Shown: piece by piece, positions 55,977 through 64,000 of the stretch
How the letters are laid out: the number at the start of each line of letters is the position of its first letter
Position numbering within the stretch: the first letter of the stretch is position 1
Sequence record: KU935715.1
DNA length: 64,000 bases
DNA from: Acinetobacter phage vB_AbaM_ME3
Direction: 5' to 3' (one strand)
The notes under the pieces: model-generated
Database searches by the model: none
What the model saw: only the letters and a program-made list of their open reading frames with translations
Told to the model about the DNA's origin: nothing
Made by a program: the position numbers and the translations under genes

Positions 55977-56204
55977 TTACACAGTATAAGTACTTTCTTT
56001 TAAAACAACATTTTTTGTACATTGATGCAATGTAGCTTTATGCACTTTAGGTTGAGTTACAACAATTGAAGTACCAGAGACGACATTAGGATTATGTGTT
56101 AGAAAATAATCTAAAGCTTGTTCAGGAGTATTAGCTTCAATAAGTTGCACATAATCAATATCATCAGAACCTTCAATTAAAGTTGTTACTAAAAATAAAG
56201 TCAT
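55977..56204 (-). CDS. hypothetical protein (75 aa)
   Basis: ATG at 56204 preceded by an AAGGGGAGGT Shine-Dalgarno. Confidence 0.55.
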   Translation of the reverse strand: MTLFLVTTLIEGSDDIDYVQLIEANTPEQALDYFLTHNPNVVSGTSIVVTQPKVHKATLHQCTKNVVLKESTYTV

Positions 56205-56222
56205 ATTTTGGTACCTCCCCTT

Positions 56223-56345
56223 GTTTAATAACTTAATGTAACTATTCTCAAGTTAAAGATACATTAAGTTATTAAACAGAAAAGCTCACACAGATATTAA
56301 ATCCATATGAGCTTTATATAATTCTACTGTAATTCTGTAGAATTA
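56223..56345 (-). promoter_or_regulatory. cluster of three hairpins in intergenic region (candidate terminator / RNase III processing site)
   Basis: Perfect 18-bp inverted repeat GTTTAATAACTTAATGTA (56223..56240) / TACATTAAGTTATTAAAC (56260..56277) with a 19-nt loop. An 8-bp stem AAAGCTCA/TGAGCTTT lies at 56281..56315. A 9-bp stem formed by the last codons of gene 56324..56959 lies at 56320..56345. Confidence 0.5.
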
Positions 56346-56959
56346 AATTGATTAATTGGTATTCCATAGTTATGCAAGAACTGCTTTAAATTAGCAATTG
56401 TTTGTGTAACATCATCTGAAGCAAAATTGAAAACAGGAATTTTATGGTTTTTTGCTAAACCAATAGCACTGCTACTAAATCCTTTAACAATTCCATTTAC
56501 ATCTGGTTCATCATAAACAATTAGAAAAGTAGAAGGAGTATTTAATTGTTCACCAAACATAACTAATGCATTTTTACTATGCATATATTTTGATTGGTTC
56601 CCAATACCACGCCAATAAGGTGTAACAGATTTAACTAATTCTGAACAATGTTGATAGTTAGAACTATTAATTGTTACATAACACTGTTTATAAGGCACAC
56701 AATTTGTATACTTTATATAGGGACGACATATTTTTAAACGAGCTGGTGAAACAACGCCTTTAGACATTAAATCCAAATAAGAAGAAACTGCTAAAGATTC
56801 GATACCTTGTTCAGTACCACTAGTTCTTAAAGTAAAACCTAAATAGCCTAGATTAGTTAACAAACCTTTAATGAAAATACCTAATTCAGAATTTTCACTT
56901 AAGGGCGAATGTCCTAGAACACTTACTATACGAGATTGTAACATAATTTGGTACCTCAA
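56324..56959 (-). CDS. hypothetical protein, possibly Rossmann-fold DprA/LOG (SLOG)-like
   Basis: 211 aa. The segment LVMFGEQLNTPSTFLIVYDEPDVNGIVKGFSSSAIGLAKNHKIPVFNF resembles SLOG/DprA-like nucleotide-binding cores. Weak. Confidence 0.45.
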   Translation of the reverse strand: MRYQIMLQSRIVSVLGHSPLSENSELGIFIKGLLTNLGYLGFTLRTSGTEQGIESLAVSSYLDLMSKGVVSPARLKICRPYIKYTNCVPYKQCYVTINSSNYQHCSELVKSVTPYWRGIGNQSKYMHSKNALVMFGEQLNTPSTFLIVYDEPDVNGIVKGFSSSAIGLAKNHKIPVFNFASDDVTQTIANLKQFLHNYGIPINQFNSTELQ

Positions 56960-57071
56960 TATTATATAACTGGCATTTAATATATCCCTGATATTAAATA
57001 ATAATCAAATGTGAGTATAAACCCACACATTAAAGTTTTAAAGATTAAACATTAAAATAGTGTCTACATAG

Positions 57072-57257
57072 CTATATATACCCTTGTTCAATGTCCATCT
57101 TTGTTAATACATATGCTTCTACAAATGTTTTTACAAAACCTGATAACAAACCAAATATACCAGTTTCATTTCTACTGATCCATCTAGCTTTCCAACCACC
57201 CCACAAATAAGTAAGGTATCGTTGAAAACATTTAAGTGTTACAGTTACCCAAGGCAT
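57072..57257 (-). CDS. hypothetical protein (61 aa)
   Basis: ORF track. Confidence 0.4.
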   Translation of the reverse strand: MPWVTVTLKCFQRYLTYLWGGWKARWISRNETGIFGLLSGFVKTFVEAYVLTKMDIEQGYI

Positions 57258-57426
57258 AAGGATACTCCTCTAAAGTATTACTAATCAAATAAAAGAGTAT
57301 TCTTATACTCACATTATAGAGAACAATTAGAACATGTCTTTATAACTACTTTAAAATTACTACCTATTATAGAAAAATCTAAAGAATTTCTACAATAATT
57401 TAAAGCATCATATAATGATAATTGCG

Positions 57427-57465
57427 TAACAACCACTTGTTTACATTTCTTACAAGTGGTTGTTA
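57427..57465 (-). other. hairpin 6 nt downstream of stop of gene 57474..57800
   Basis: Perfect 13/14-bp inverted repeat AACAACCACTTGT / ACAAGTGGTTGTT with an 11-nt loop. No U-tract follows on the minus-strand RNA. Confidence 0.45.
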
Positions 57466-57473
57466 AATTTGTG

Positions 57474-57800
57474 TTAACCATTTGAATTAAATTCTTTCAG
57501 TAAACAAATATCTAATTTCTTCACATGAAAAGTTTTAGATACACTATGAAAATTAAGAACTTCATTGTTTGAAAGTTTTGTCGTATATTCATAGTGTATT
57601 GTTTTAACATCAGTAGAACAATTAACTGTATTAATTGAATACTTTAACATTTCAAATGGAATGTATTCTTTCTCTTTATATTGTACTATTGGATATTGAA
57701 TATTAAGGATTTCAATATTATTTGAATTCTGTTGTTTATCAACAACAGGAGCAATAATAAAAGGAGAAAAGAATACACTAAATAGAATTAAATCAAACAT
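57474..57800 (-). CDS. secreted/membrane-anchored protein (108 aa)
   Basis: N-terminal hydrophobic segment MFDLILFSVFFSPFIIAPVV. Confidence 0.5.
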   Translation of the reverse strand: MFDLILFSVFFSPFIIAPVVDKQQNSNNIEILNIQYPIVQYKEKEYIPFEMLKYSINTVNCSTDVKTIHYEYTTKLSNNEVLNFHSVSKTFHVKKLDICLLKEFNSNG

Positions 57801-58185
57801 CAGTATCTTCCTTATAAGACTGTCTATAAAGTTCTAAAGCTTTTTCTAAAGAATACTCTTCTTTACCTACTTGCGATACTTGAACCATAGATGAAGTTGT
57901 ATTTCGTCTATGAAGCATAAGACTTACTTTATTTTCTTTAAAACTACTTATATAAATACCATATATGGAATTCATTTCTTTATAAAAATGATGAAGTTCT
58001 TCTTCAGTAATTTTACAACAAAGTGCGCAATATACTGAACTTAATGTAGGAAACTTTTCTAACATTCCTTTAACATTAATTTCTAAACTATCTAAATATT
58101 CTCTTGAAAGAGTAGTAACAGAATTAGAGAAATTATTTAAATGATTAGTCATGTTCAATACATCCGTATGATTTAAAAGCTTCAA
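57793..58185 (-). CDS. hypothetical protein (130 aa)
   Basis: ORF track. Confidence 0.5.
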   Translation of the reverse strand: MKLLNHTDVLNMTNHLNNFSNSVTTLSREYLDSLEINVKGMLEKFPTLSSVYCALCCKITEEELHHFYKEMNSIYGIYISSFKENKVSLMLHRRNTTSSMVQVSQVGKEEYSLEKALELYRQSYKEDTDV

Positions 58186-58483
58186 ATAATTGATCTCTTC
58201 CTATAATATCAAACTGAGAATTTTCAGTATTACTTGAAACTATTAATTGTATTCCATAAACTACAGATGTTTGTTGAGGAAGAGATATCCAATAATTTTT
58301 ATCTAAAAATTCAAAAATATTATTAAATTCAACTTCAGTTAATTTTCGAACTACAATATAAATATATGGATTTGTTCGAAATTCTTTAAGTGTTGATTTA
58401 ATCTCTTCCAAATTTATTAAATATTTTTTAGATAACAGAGGTATTTTAAATTTCTTTAAATATTTAGTCATACTACTTTTCAC
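58145..58483 (-). CDS. KFK-signature protein (isolated paralog?)
   Basis: N-terminus MKSSMTKYLKKFKIPLLSKKYLINLEE. Confidence 0.45.
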   Translation of the reverse strand: MKSSMTKYLKKFKIPLLSKKYLINLEEIKSTLKEFRTNPYIYIVVRKLTEVEFNNIFEFLDKNYWISLPQQTSVVYGIQLIVSSNTENSQFDIIGRDQLFEAFKSYGCIEHD

Positions 58484-58865
58484 TTGAAGACATTACTAAA
58501 AATAAAGCAATGAAAGGCACAAAGGTTAAAGGAAGAATAGAAAATATAAAGTAATTAACATAAAAAGGAGTAATATCTTCTACTTTATATATAGTAAATT
58601 CTTGACCTCTTCTATGAGTTCTAAATGCTGTTTCAGATATTTCATAAACTTGATTATCTATAGTAAAACCATAGCGTGTACATGTATATCGTTTATGTTT
58701 ACCACAAGCATAATCTTCACTAAAAGAATCTTGAATAATTCCTGTATGATAAGGGATATTTTTATTAAACTTACCATTACTCCACTGTATTAAAAAATAG
58801 TAACCTAATCCAAGATGCATTAAATATAGTAAAACACCAATAGAAATTAAAAATTTAGCTTTCAT
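58473..58865 (-). CDS. membrane protein (N-terminal signal/TM and C-terminal TM)
   Basis: Hydrophobic segments FLISIGVLLYLMHLGLGYYFLI and FIFSILPLTFVPFIALFLVM. Confidence 0.5.
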   Translation of the reverse strand: MKAKFLISIGVLLYLMHLGLGYYFLIQWSNGKFNKNIPYHTGIIQDSFSEDYACGKHKRYTCTRYGFTIDNQVYEISETAFRTHRRGQEFTIYKVEDITPFYVNYFIFSILPLTFVPFIALFLVMSSSEK

Positions 58866-59092
58866 AATTTAAATCTTCTTTCAATATTCTCTAATAATGT
58901 TACAGTTTCATCTACAATAAAAGCGAATAAGGATGGAATAGAATCTTTAATCATTTGTAGAGAATCATAATCTTCTTCTATACAAACTTTAATTATTAAC
59001 AGCTGTAAAGGAAGTTTAGATTCTTCATGAGGTAATTGAAGAAGACGAGTTAATTCAATCTGTAACTCGTCTTTAATTTTCTTTTGACTCAT
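58862..59092 (-). CDS. hypothetical protein (76 aa)
   Basis: ORF track. Confidence 0.45.
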   Translation of the reverse strand: MSQKKIKDELQIELTRLLQLPHEESKLPLQLLIIKVCIEEDYDSLQMIKDSIPSLFAFIVDETVTLLENIERRFKL

Positions 59093-59144
59093 GAAGAATC
59101 TCCTTAGATATTAAATTTAAAACTTAAAAATAAAAACCAAATAA

Positions 59145-59642
59145 TTAAGATACAAAACGAGAAAGACAAGTTTGTAAATCTTTAATATCTGAATCTTCCA
59201 ATGCATCTAAATTAGTACAGATAGATAATAATCTTTCTTTTAATTCAGAACGTAAACGATCTTCTGGTTTAATATCTTCATAAACAATATGATGTGTTTT
59301 ATAAGTATCAAGAACTGCTTTAGAAAAGATATTAATATAATTGAAATAAGTAAAGCCTTCGTTAGGATTTATGATAGATAATTCATAATATAACCAATCA
59401 GGATAATTATCTTCTCCATCATAACATTCTTGAGAAATAGCAATTAACTCTTCATAAGTTCCATTTTTCTTCATCCAATTAATATATTTAACTAAAAATT
59501 TAGTAAACATACCTTTAGGAAGATTATAATAAAATGGTACTATAGATTTTAACTTTCCTTGTTCTTTATTGAATACATCCCATTTAAATTCTGAGTAAGC
59601 AAAGAAAGGAGAAGGTTTAAACCACTCAAATTTATGCGACAT
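59145..59642 (-). CDS. hypothetical protein (165 aa)
   Basis: ORF track. Confidence 0.5.
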   Translation of the reverse strand: MSHKFEWFKPSPFFAYSEFKWDVFNKEQGKLKSIVPFYYNLPKGMFTKFLVKYINWMKKNGTYEELIAISQECYDGEDNYPDWLYYELSIINPNEGFTYFNYINIFSKAVLDTYKTHHIVYEDIKPEDRLRSELKERLLSICTNLDALEDSDIKDLQTCLSRFVS

Positions 59643-60186
59643 TTTTAACCTCCTTATACATCTGAGTTACTTTTACTTTAGGAATAAGATGGAAACTGAC
59701 ATCAAAATTAACAAGTAATCTCATATAACGTACAAAGTTACGACGAGTAATATATACATCTTTAAGATTATACAAAGATAAATGTTGAATTTTTGATAAA
59801 TAAGCTAAATGATTTGTAGGTACAGGCTTAATAATTTCAAAAAGAATCTTATTAAGACGTACAATGTGATCATTAACAAATTTAGGATCTGTAATAGAAA
59901 ATACTATTTTTTCTTTACCTTTAGTTAAAATTAAATCATGGTTAAAGAAATAACAAAGTTTAAATAATTGAGCAATAGAAAGTGATTTGTCACTATCTTT
60001 TAAAACTCTTGTAAGATATTTAACATTTAAATTTAAGCTAGAAGCAATAGCAATTCTCTCTTTAGAATTTAAAACATCCCATTTATCACTAAAAACCTGT
60101 ACAAGTTCTTTATAAAGAGTAAAAACAACAGAAGGAGCTACAGGGAGTTTAACAAAAGAATCAACTTCAACTAAATTTTCTAACAT
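59632..60186 (-). CDS. hypothetical protein (184 aa)
   Basis: ORF track. Confidence 0.5.
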   Translation of the reverse strand: MLENLVEVDSFVKLPVAPSVVFTLYKELVQVFSDKWDVLNSKERIAIASSLNLNVKYLTRVLKDSDKSLSIAQLFKLCYFFNHDLILTKGKEKIVFSITDPKFVNDHIVRLNKILFEIIKPVPTNHLAYLSKIQHLSLYNLKDVYITRRNFVRYMRLLVNFDVSFHLIPKVKVTQMYKEVKNVA

Positions 60187-60584
60187 TATACAATACCCAT
60201 ATATTTCAATTGACCATAACTATATTTAACTAAACAAATCTTTTCTTTAAAAGACTTATTTAATACATCTTTACTATTCTTCATGTAACCATTACATAAT
60301 GATTCCATAGACATTGTATAGTATGTATAACCTACAGTATCTTTTCCATATGCTTTTTTAATATTCTTGTCTAAACGTTTATATTCATTATTAAACATAG
60401 AAACAGAACAAGATAAAGTATTACATTTAGATACTACTTTAGTAGTAAATTTATCCAATTGATTATCAGCATATTTTAAAGAAATATTAATATCTTTTTC
60501 AGCGTAAGCTTCGAATGATATTAAACTACATATTAATATCATTATAGAAATCAATAACTTAAACATTGAGAATAATCCTATCAT
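60186..60584 (-). CDS. secreted protein with signal peptide and 4 Cys (132 aa)
   Basis: N-terminus MIGLFSMFKLLISIMILICSLISFEAYAEKD. Confidence 0.5.
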   Translation of the reverse strand: MIGLFSMFKLLISIMILICSLISFEAYAEKDINISLKYADNQLDKFTTKVVSKCNTLSCSVSMFNNEYKRLDKNIKKAYGKDTVGYTYYTMSMESLCNGYMKNSKDVLNKSFKEKICLVKYSYGQLKYMGIV

Positions 60585-60746
60585 TTATCTTTTAATATCA
60601 ATAAGATATAAAAATATTAATAAATCTTTTAAAGTTCTAATTTATAAAACAATAATTCGATTCTATATTTCATTGATATTAAAAGAAAAAGCTACAACAC
60701 TTTTTACAATGTTGTAGCTTTTTACAGAATTTCTACAAATTAGAAA

Positions 60747-62144
60747 TTAGATAATGTCTTTCTTAGAAGAACCTAATTGAGATTGATTATCTGATTCATC
60801 AGCAGAAAAGGTTACAGAACCAGCAACACCATTATCGATACTAGCTCCATCAATAATTGACTGAGCATTAGCAATCATTTGAGATAAATCATCTGAATCT
60901 GAATTTACTTCAAAATCACTACCAAGAGCAGCTTCAAAAGAAGTGATATTAGAGTTAGTACGATGTTTAGTATATTCATTCACTACAATAGTAGGACGAG
61001 TTAAACCATTGGTAGAACTACCAGCATCTTGAGACATAACAATCGGGAAATACTTACCAATTACAAATAACTGTTCATTATTTTGAGTGTTGTCATCGAA
61101 GATTTTAGCTAAGCTAATCTGGTTCTGATTGTTAGGATTAGAATAACCCTGATCCTGACGACGAAGTAATACAGAAGCTTCATTTCCGAAAGTATCAGAA
61201 ATGATAGCAAGCTTAGTTGCTTCAGTACGTTTAGAATTATTGATTGTCTCTTCACCACCTTCGACTTCTTTACTTAATGGACGAATACCAGTAGTTAAAG
61301 ACTCATTGAATTCATCTGAAATCGCTTCAGAATTAACACGAGCAAAGCCAAAGAACTCATTGATAGTTGGCATATAGCTTGCTTTTTCTAGAATAGCTGA
61401 AGAACGTAAGAATGGGTTAACATTCTTAGTACCACTATCCATAGTAATAGCAGGAACTAAAGAACTATCAGCAACACTTAAAGCATAAGCTAAACGTAAA
61501 TGACCAGACTGAATAAGTTTAGTCATCTGTGTTTGATATGCAGCATAAAGAGTTGCCATATGAGATTGATAATCAGCATTAAATGCTAAATCACCAGTAG
61601 TACGAGCTTTCAAATAATTGTGTGCATTAATAATGTCTTTAGAGCAAGAATTAAATGCTTGAACTAAACCTTCATCATTAAACAAAGCAGGAACAGGAAC
61701 CAAACGGAAGAAACCAGATGCAAGCAATGTATTCCAAGGATTGTTAAATGTTTTTCCACCTTCTTCAATAGATTCAGTTAAGAACATATTAAGTACAGCA
61801 GGGTTAGAATTACGAACAATCATTTGATTCGTTTCAGGATCAGCAATAACCCCTTTATCATCCATACTTACTTGTAAATACTGAACACGATTACGATATG
61901 CAGCAGTATTAGAAGTAGAGTTATGAACACGAACTGGAATAAGTTTATACACTTGTAGTTCACCTTCTTTAGGAAGATAAACCATATTTAATACTGCATG
62001 ACGAGTTACGTTAGCAATATTAAAGAATTGTAAAACTTGACGATGTGAAGGATTACGTTCCCGATCAACGTTAGCAATAACTTCTGATTGAGAATTCATC
62101 ATCAATGCTTGAGCAATCTGATTTTGAGTATATTGAGTAGTCAT
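60747..62144 (-). CDS. hypothetical protein (~466 aa; start refined to ATG at 62144)
   Basis: The track ORF runs through the intergenic hairpin to 62270. MTTQYTQNQ... at 62144 has an AGGA upstream. The C-terminal third is acidic and S/N/D-rich. Confidence 0.55.
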   Translation of the reverse strand: MTTQYTQNQIAQALMMNSQSEVIANVDRERNPSHRQVLQFFNIANVTRHAVLNMVYLPKEGELQVYKLIPVRVHNSTSNTAAYRNRVQYLQVSMDDKGVIADPETNQMIVRNSNPAVLNMFLTESIEEGGKTFNNPWNTLLASGFFRLVPVPALFNDEGLVQAFNSCSKDIINAHNYLKARTTGDLAFNADYQSHMATLYAAYQTQMTKLIQSGHLRLAYALSVADSSLVPAITMDSGTKNVNPFLRSSAILEKASYMPTINEFFGFARVNSEAISDEFNESLTTGIRPLSKEVEGGEETINNSKRTEATKLAIISDTFGNEASVLLRRQDQGYSNPNNQNQISLAKIFDDNTQNNEQLFVIGKYFPIVMSQDAGSSTNGLTRPTIVVNEYTKHRTNSNITSFEAALGSDFEVNSDSDDLSQMIANAQSIIDGASIDNGVAGSVTFSADESDNQSQLGSSKKDII

Positions 62145-62229
62145 ATAAATATGTCCTATATAAAGTAGTAATAAATAAAAGTAAATTAAAGGAGTCTTTC
62201 CATATTGTAAGAATAACAAAAAATTGTCA

Positions 62230-62286
62230 CTCCTACATGTAAAGTAGCGGAAGATGAATTTATTTATCAACTAACTTACATGTAGG
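62230..62286 (-). other. hairpin in intergenic region (candidate terminator for upstream gene)
   Basis: Perfect 12-bp inverted repeat TCCTACATGTAA / TTACATGTAGGA with a 33-nt loop. On the minus-strand RNA, AAUUUUUUGUUAUUCUU follows within 10 nt. Confidence 0.45.
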
Positions 62287-62372
62287 AACGAACCGAAGAT
62301 ATTCAGTCCTTCCTTCACTTTAAAATCCTAAGTATTTACAAAGATTAATTCGATTATTACCGAATAAAATAC

Positions 62373-62702
62373 TTAAGATTTAAAATTAATATTTAACAAA
62401 GAGTAAGTAATTTCTTTATAAACTGAAAGATCTATATTAGAGTTATTAATACAAACTAATAATAAATCTGAAGCATCAGCAATTAACATATTCTTTGTTT
62501 TTCCCTTTAATTCTTCAATTTTCTCATCTAATTGATCCATTAAGAAAGAACAATCACTAATAACAATACAATTATGTATAGATAAGAAAGAAGAATTAAA
62601 TAAATTGTTAGTACGGATATGATTATCAATAGCTAAAGCAATATCGGAAACAATTAAAGACTTAAGAATTATTGTAGCATTCATAAATATCCAAATAAAC
62701 AA
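62373..62702 (-). CDS. hypothetical protein (109 aa)
   Basis: ORF track. Confidence 0.5.
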   Translation of the reverse strand: MFIWIFMNATIILKSLIVSDIALAIDNHIRTNNLFNSSFLSIHNCIVISDCSFLMDQLDEKIEELKGKTKNMLIADASDLLLVCINNSNIDLSVYKEITYSLLNINFKS

Positions 62703-62722
62703 TTTTCATAAAAGAGTTTTAA

Positions 62723-63139
62723 TTACTCTATAGTAATATCTTTTTCTTCAAATCCTAAAGAAGCTAATGTACTTAAAACATCGATCTTATTACCATAAGC
62801 AATAAGAGTAACATTAGTACTAATTTCAATATCATCAGCACCAATAAGAATTAGCTTTTCATCATCATCAGAACTACAAGGCATATGAGAAATACAATTA
62901 AATACATCTATATGAATAGAAGCTCTATCATTTTCATATCTAGTGCATATAGGATCTAATATAGCTTTTACATCTTTATTTAAGACATGAGAAAGAACTC
63001 CAATACGATTGATATCATTCCAGCCCCATCCAAATTCAATCCTTAAAGGATTCTGAAATAATGTAGCAGCAATGAAATACTTACATGTAGGTTTAGTAAG
63101 TTTATTAAATCTTTCTAATTGTTTCACTTTTTCTCCCAA
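62723..63139 (-). CDS. hypothetical protein (138 aa)
   Basis: ORF track. Confidence 0.5.
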   Translation of the reverse strand: MGEKVKQLERFNKLTKPTCKYFIAATLFQNPLRIEFGWGWNDINRIGVLSHVLNKDVKAILDPICTRYENDRASIHIDVFNCISHMPCSSDDDEKLILIGADDIEISTNVTLIAYGNKIDVLSTLASLGFEEKDITIE

Positions 63140-63480
63140 GTTAAATCACTAAATTTAAAAGATGATTTATCAACACGTCGAGATGTAATAACTAATATTT
63201 TATCTTTACCTAAAAAATGACTATAAGAGAAAGTATTAATCAATTCATCATCTTCTAAAGCCACTAATTCTTTAATAGCTTTAGTAAAGTAAGAATGTTC
63301 AAAACAAAGATCATCGTATAAAACTTTATGATTAATATAATTAAATAAATCTAAACGAAAGCTATGATTCATTAAAGCATATTTTTCAAATGAAGAAGAA
63401 ACAAAGCTTTCTGCTGTTGTCTTATCTTCACTATACCAATTGTTTAATGATACTAAAGTTAACACTATTTGAATTTTCAT
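63124..63480 (-). CDS. hypothetical protein (118 aa)
   Basis: ORF track. Confidence 0.5.
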   Translation of the reverse strand: MKIQIVLTLVSLNNWYSEDKTTAESFVSSSFEKYALMNHSFRLDLFNYINHKVLYDDLCFEHSYFTKAIKELVALEDDELINTFSYSHFLGKDKILVITSRRVDKSSFKFSDLTWEKK

Positions 63481-63524
63481 AAGATTTGATACTCACCCCT
63501 ATATGAAAATGGACGTTAAGAGAA

Positions 63525-63734
63525 TTAAATAACTTTATAACGAGTCCAAATAGAATCAGAAACTACAATAATCGAATCATTAGCTTGCCATTCTACTTTT
63601 GAACATTCATCACTATTCAAGACAGTATAAGTATCAGGAATGAAATGTTGATTGCTACTATAAGAAGATTCAACAACTAACTTTAAACCTTCAGGAAATA
63701 AAGGCTGTGAGAAAAAGATAATATTACTAGGCAT
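63525..63734 (-). CDS. hypothetical protein (69 aa)
   Basis: ORF track. Confidence 0.45.
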   Translation of the reverse strand: MPSNIIFFSQPLFPEGLKLVVESSYSSNQHFIPDTYTVLNSDECSKVEWQANDSIIVVSDSIWTRYKVI

Positions 63735-63753
63735 TCTGTTTTTCCTCTATCAA

Positions 63754-63945
63754 TTAAACAAACTTATATCCAACTACACTATCAATACTAATACGAACAC
63801 CTAAGTATTCATTATAGAAGTAATAGTTATTACCATGTCCTTGTTCCCATTTAAGATCACAAGTAATAGTATCACCAGATTTTAATTGAACAACAATAGT
63901 ATTTAAACTATGTGTTTCCATATATGTATAAATCATATCACACAT
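63754..63945 (-). CDS. hypothetical protein (63 aa)
   Basis: ORF track. Confidence 0.45.
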   Translation of the reverse strand: MCDMIYTYMETHSLNTIVVQLKSGDTITCDLKWEQGHGNNYYFYNEYLGVRISIDSVVGYKFV

Positions 63946-64000
63946 AGAAGGAATGAAAGGAATATACTCATTAGATGATTGAATGAGATACTTTAATGTA

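Noticed and set aside
1509-58793. Twelve plus-strand ORFs in the track: 1509..1724, 9679..9882, 10629..10817, 11416..11613, 14437..14631, 15345..15527, 18010..18261, 19377..19559, 21389..21571, 36932..37237, 43282..43479 and 58602..58793.
   Set aside because: Each is short (60-101 aa), lies antisense inside a longer, motif-supported or tightly coupled minus-strand gene, and has no start signals. They are AT-rich antisense artefacts.
1-64000. tRNA genes, rRNA, CRISPR repeats, integrase/attachment sites.
   Set aside because: No T-loop-like GGTTCGAAT or cloverleaf candidates were seen in the intergenic regions. No short-repeat/spacer arrays were seen. No recombinase motifs were seen.

Overview
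The window is a gene-dense, AT-rich (about 30% GC by eye) block of a large lytic bacteriophage genome. Every supportable gene lies on the minus strand, about 120 tightly packed or overlapping ORFs, many with ATGA or TAATG stop/start overlaps. A T4-like affiliation is suggested by four things: a TATAAATA late-promoter motif in front of an intron-borne homing-endonuclease ORF; a group I intron carrying the conserved P/Q/R/S core elements; dihydrofolate reductase, thioredoxin, an Rnl2-like RNA ligase, NUDIX, 5'-deoxynucleotidase and metallophosphatase genes; and an 1183-aa long tail fibre gene. The most striking content is as follows. (1) A translationally coupled operon at 36.0-45.3 kb encodes TerD, a TerY-like vWA protein, two type-I phosphoribosyltransferase paralogs, a HAD phosphatase and a polytopic membrane protein, which is the bacterial Ter-associated 'nucleoside-like metabolite' module, here in a phage. 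(2) A classic-clade AAA ATPase (12500..13945) sits next to a PspA/IM30 (ESCRT-III-like) coiled-coil protein (14142..14831) and two small single-TM proteins (13952..14140 and 14834..15244). (3) An NAD/ADP-ribose toolkit is present: NADAR, macro domain, NUDIX and NadE. (4) Two large tandem paralog families of 110-135-aa proteins, about 23 genes in all, share an N-terminal M-x-K-L-x-K-F-K signature. (5) A homing-endonuclease-bearing group I intron splits a large gene of unknown function. (6) Six separate places were seen where a well-initiated short ORF is +1 out of frame with the long ORF it should continue into, which may mean homopolymer indel errors. No tRNA, rRNA or CRISPR array was seen. 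Product calls rest on motif recognition by eye, and start codons are often uncertain because the ORF track appears to use TTG/GTG as start codons.
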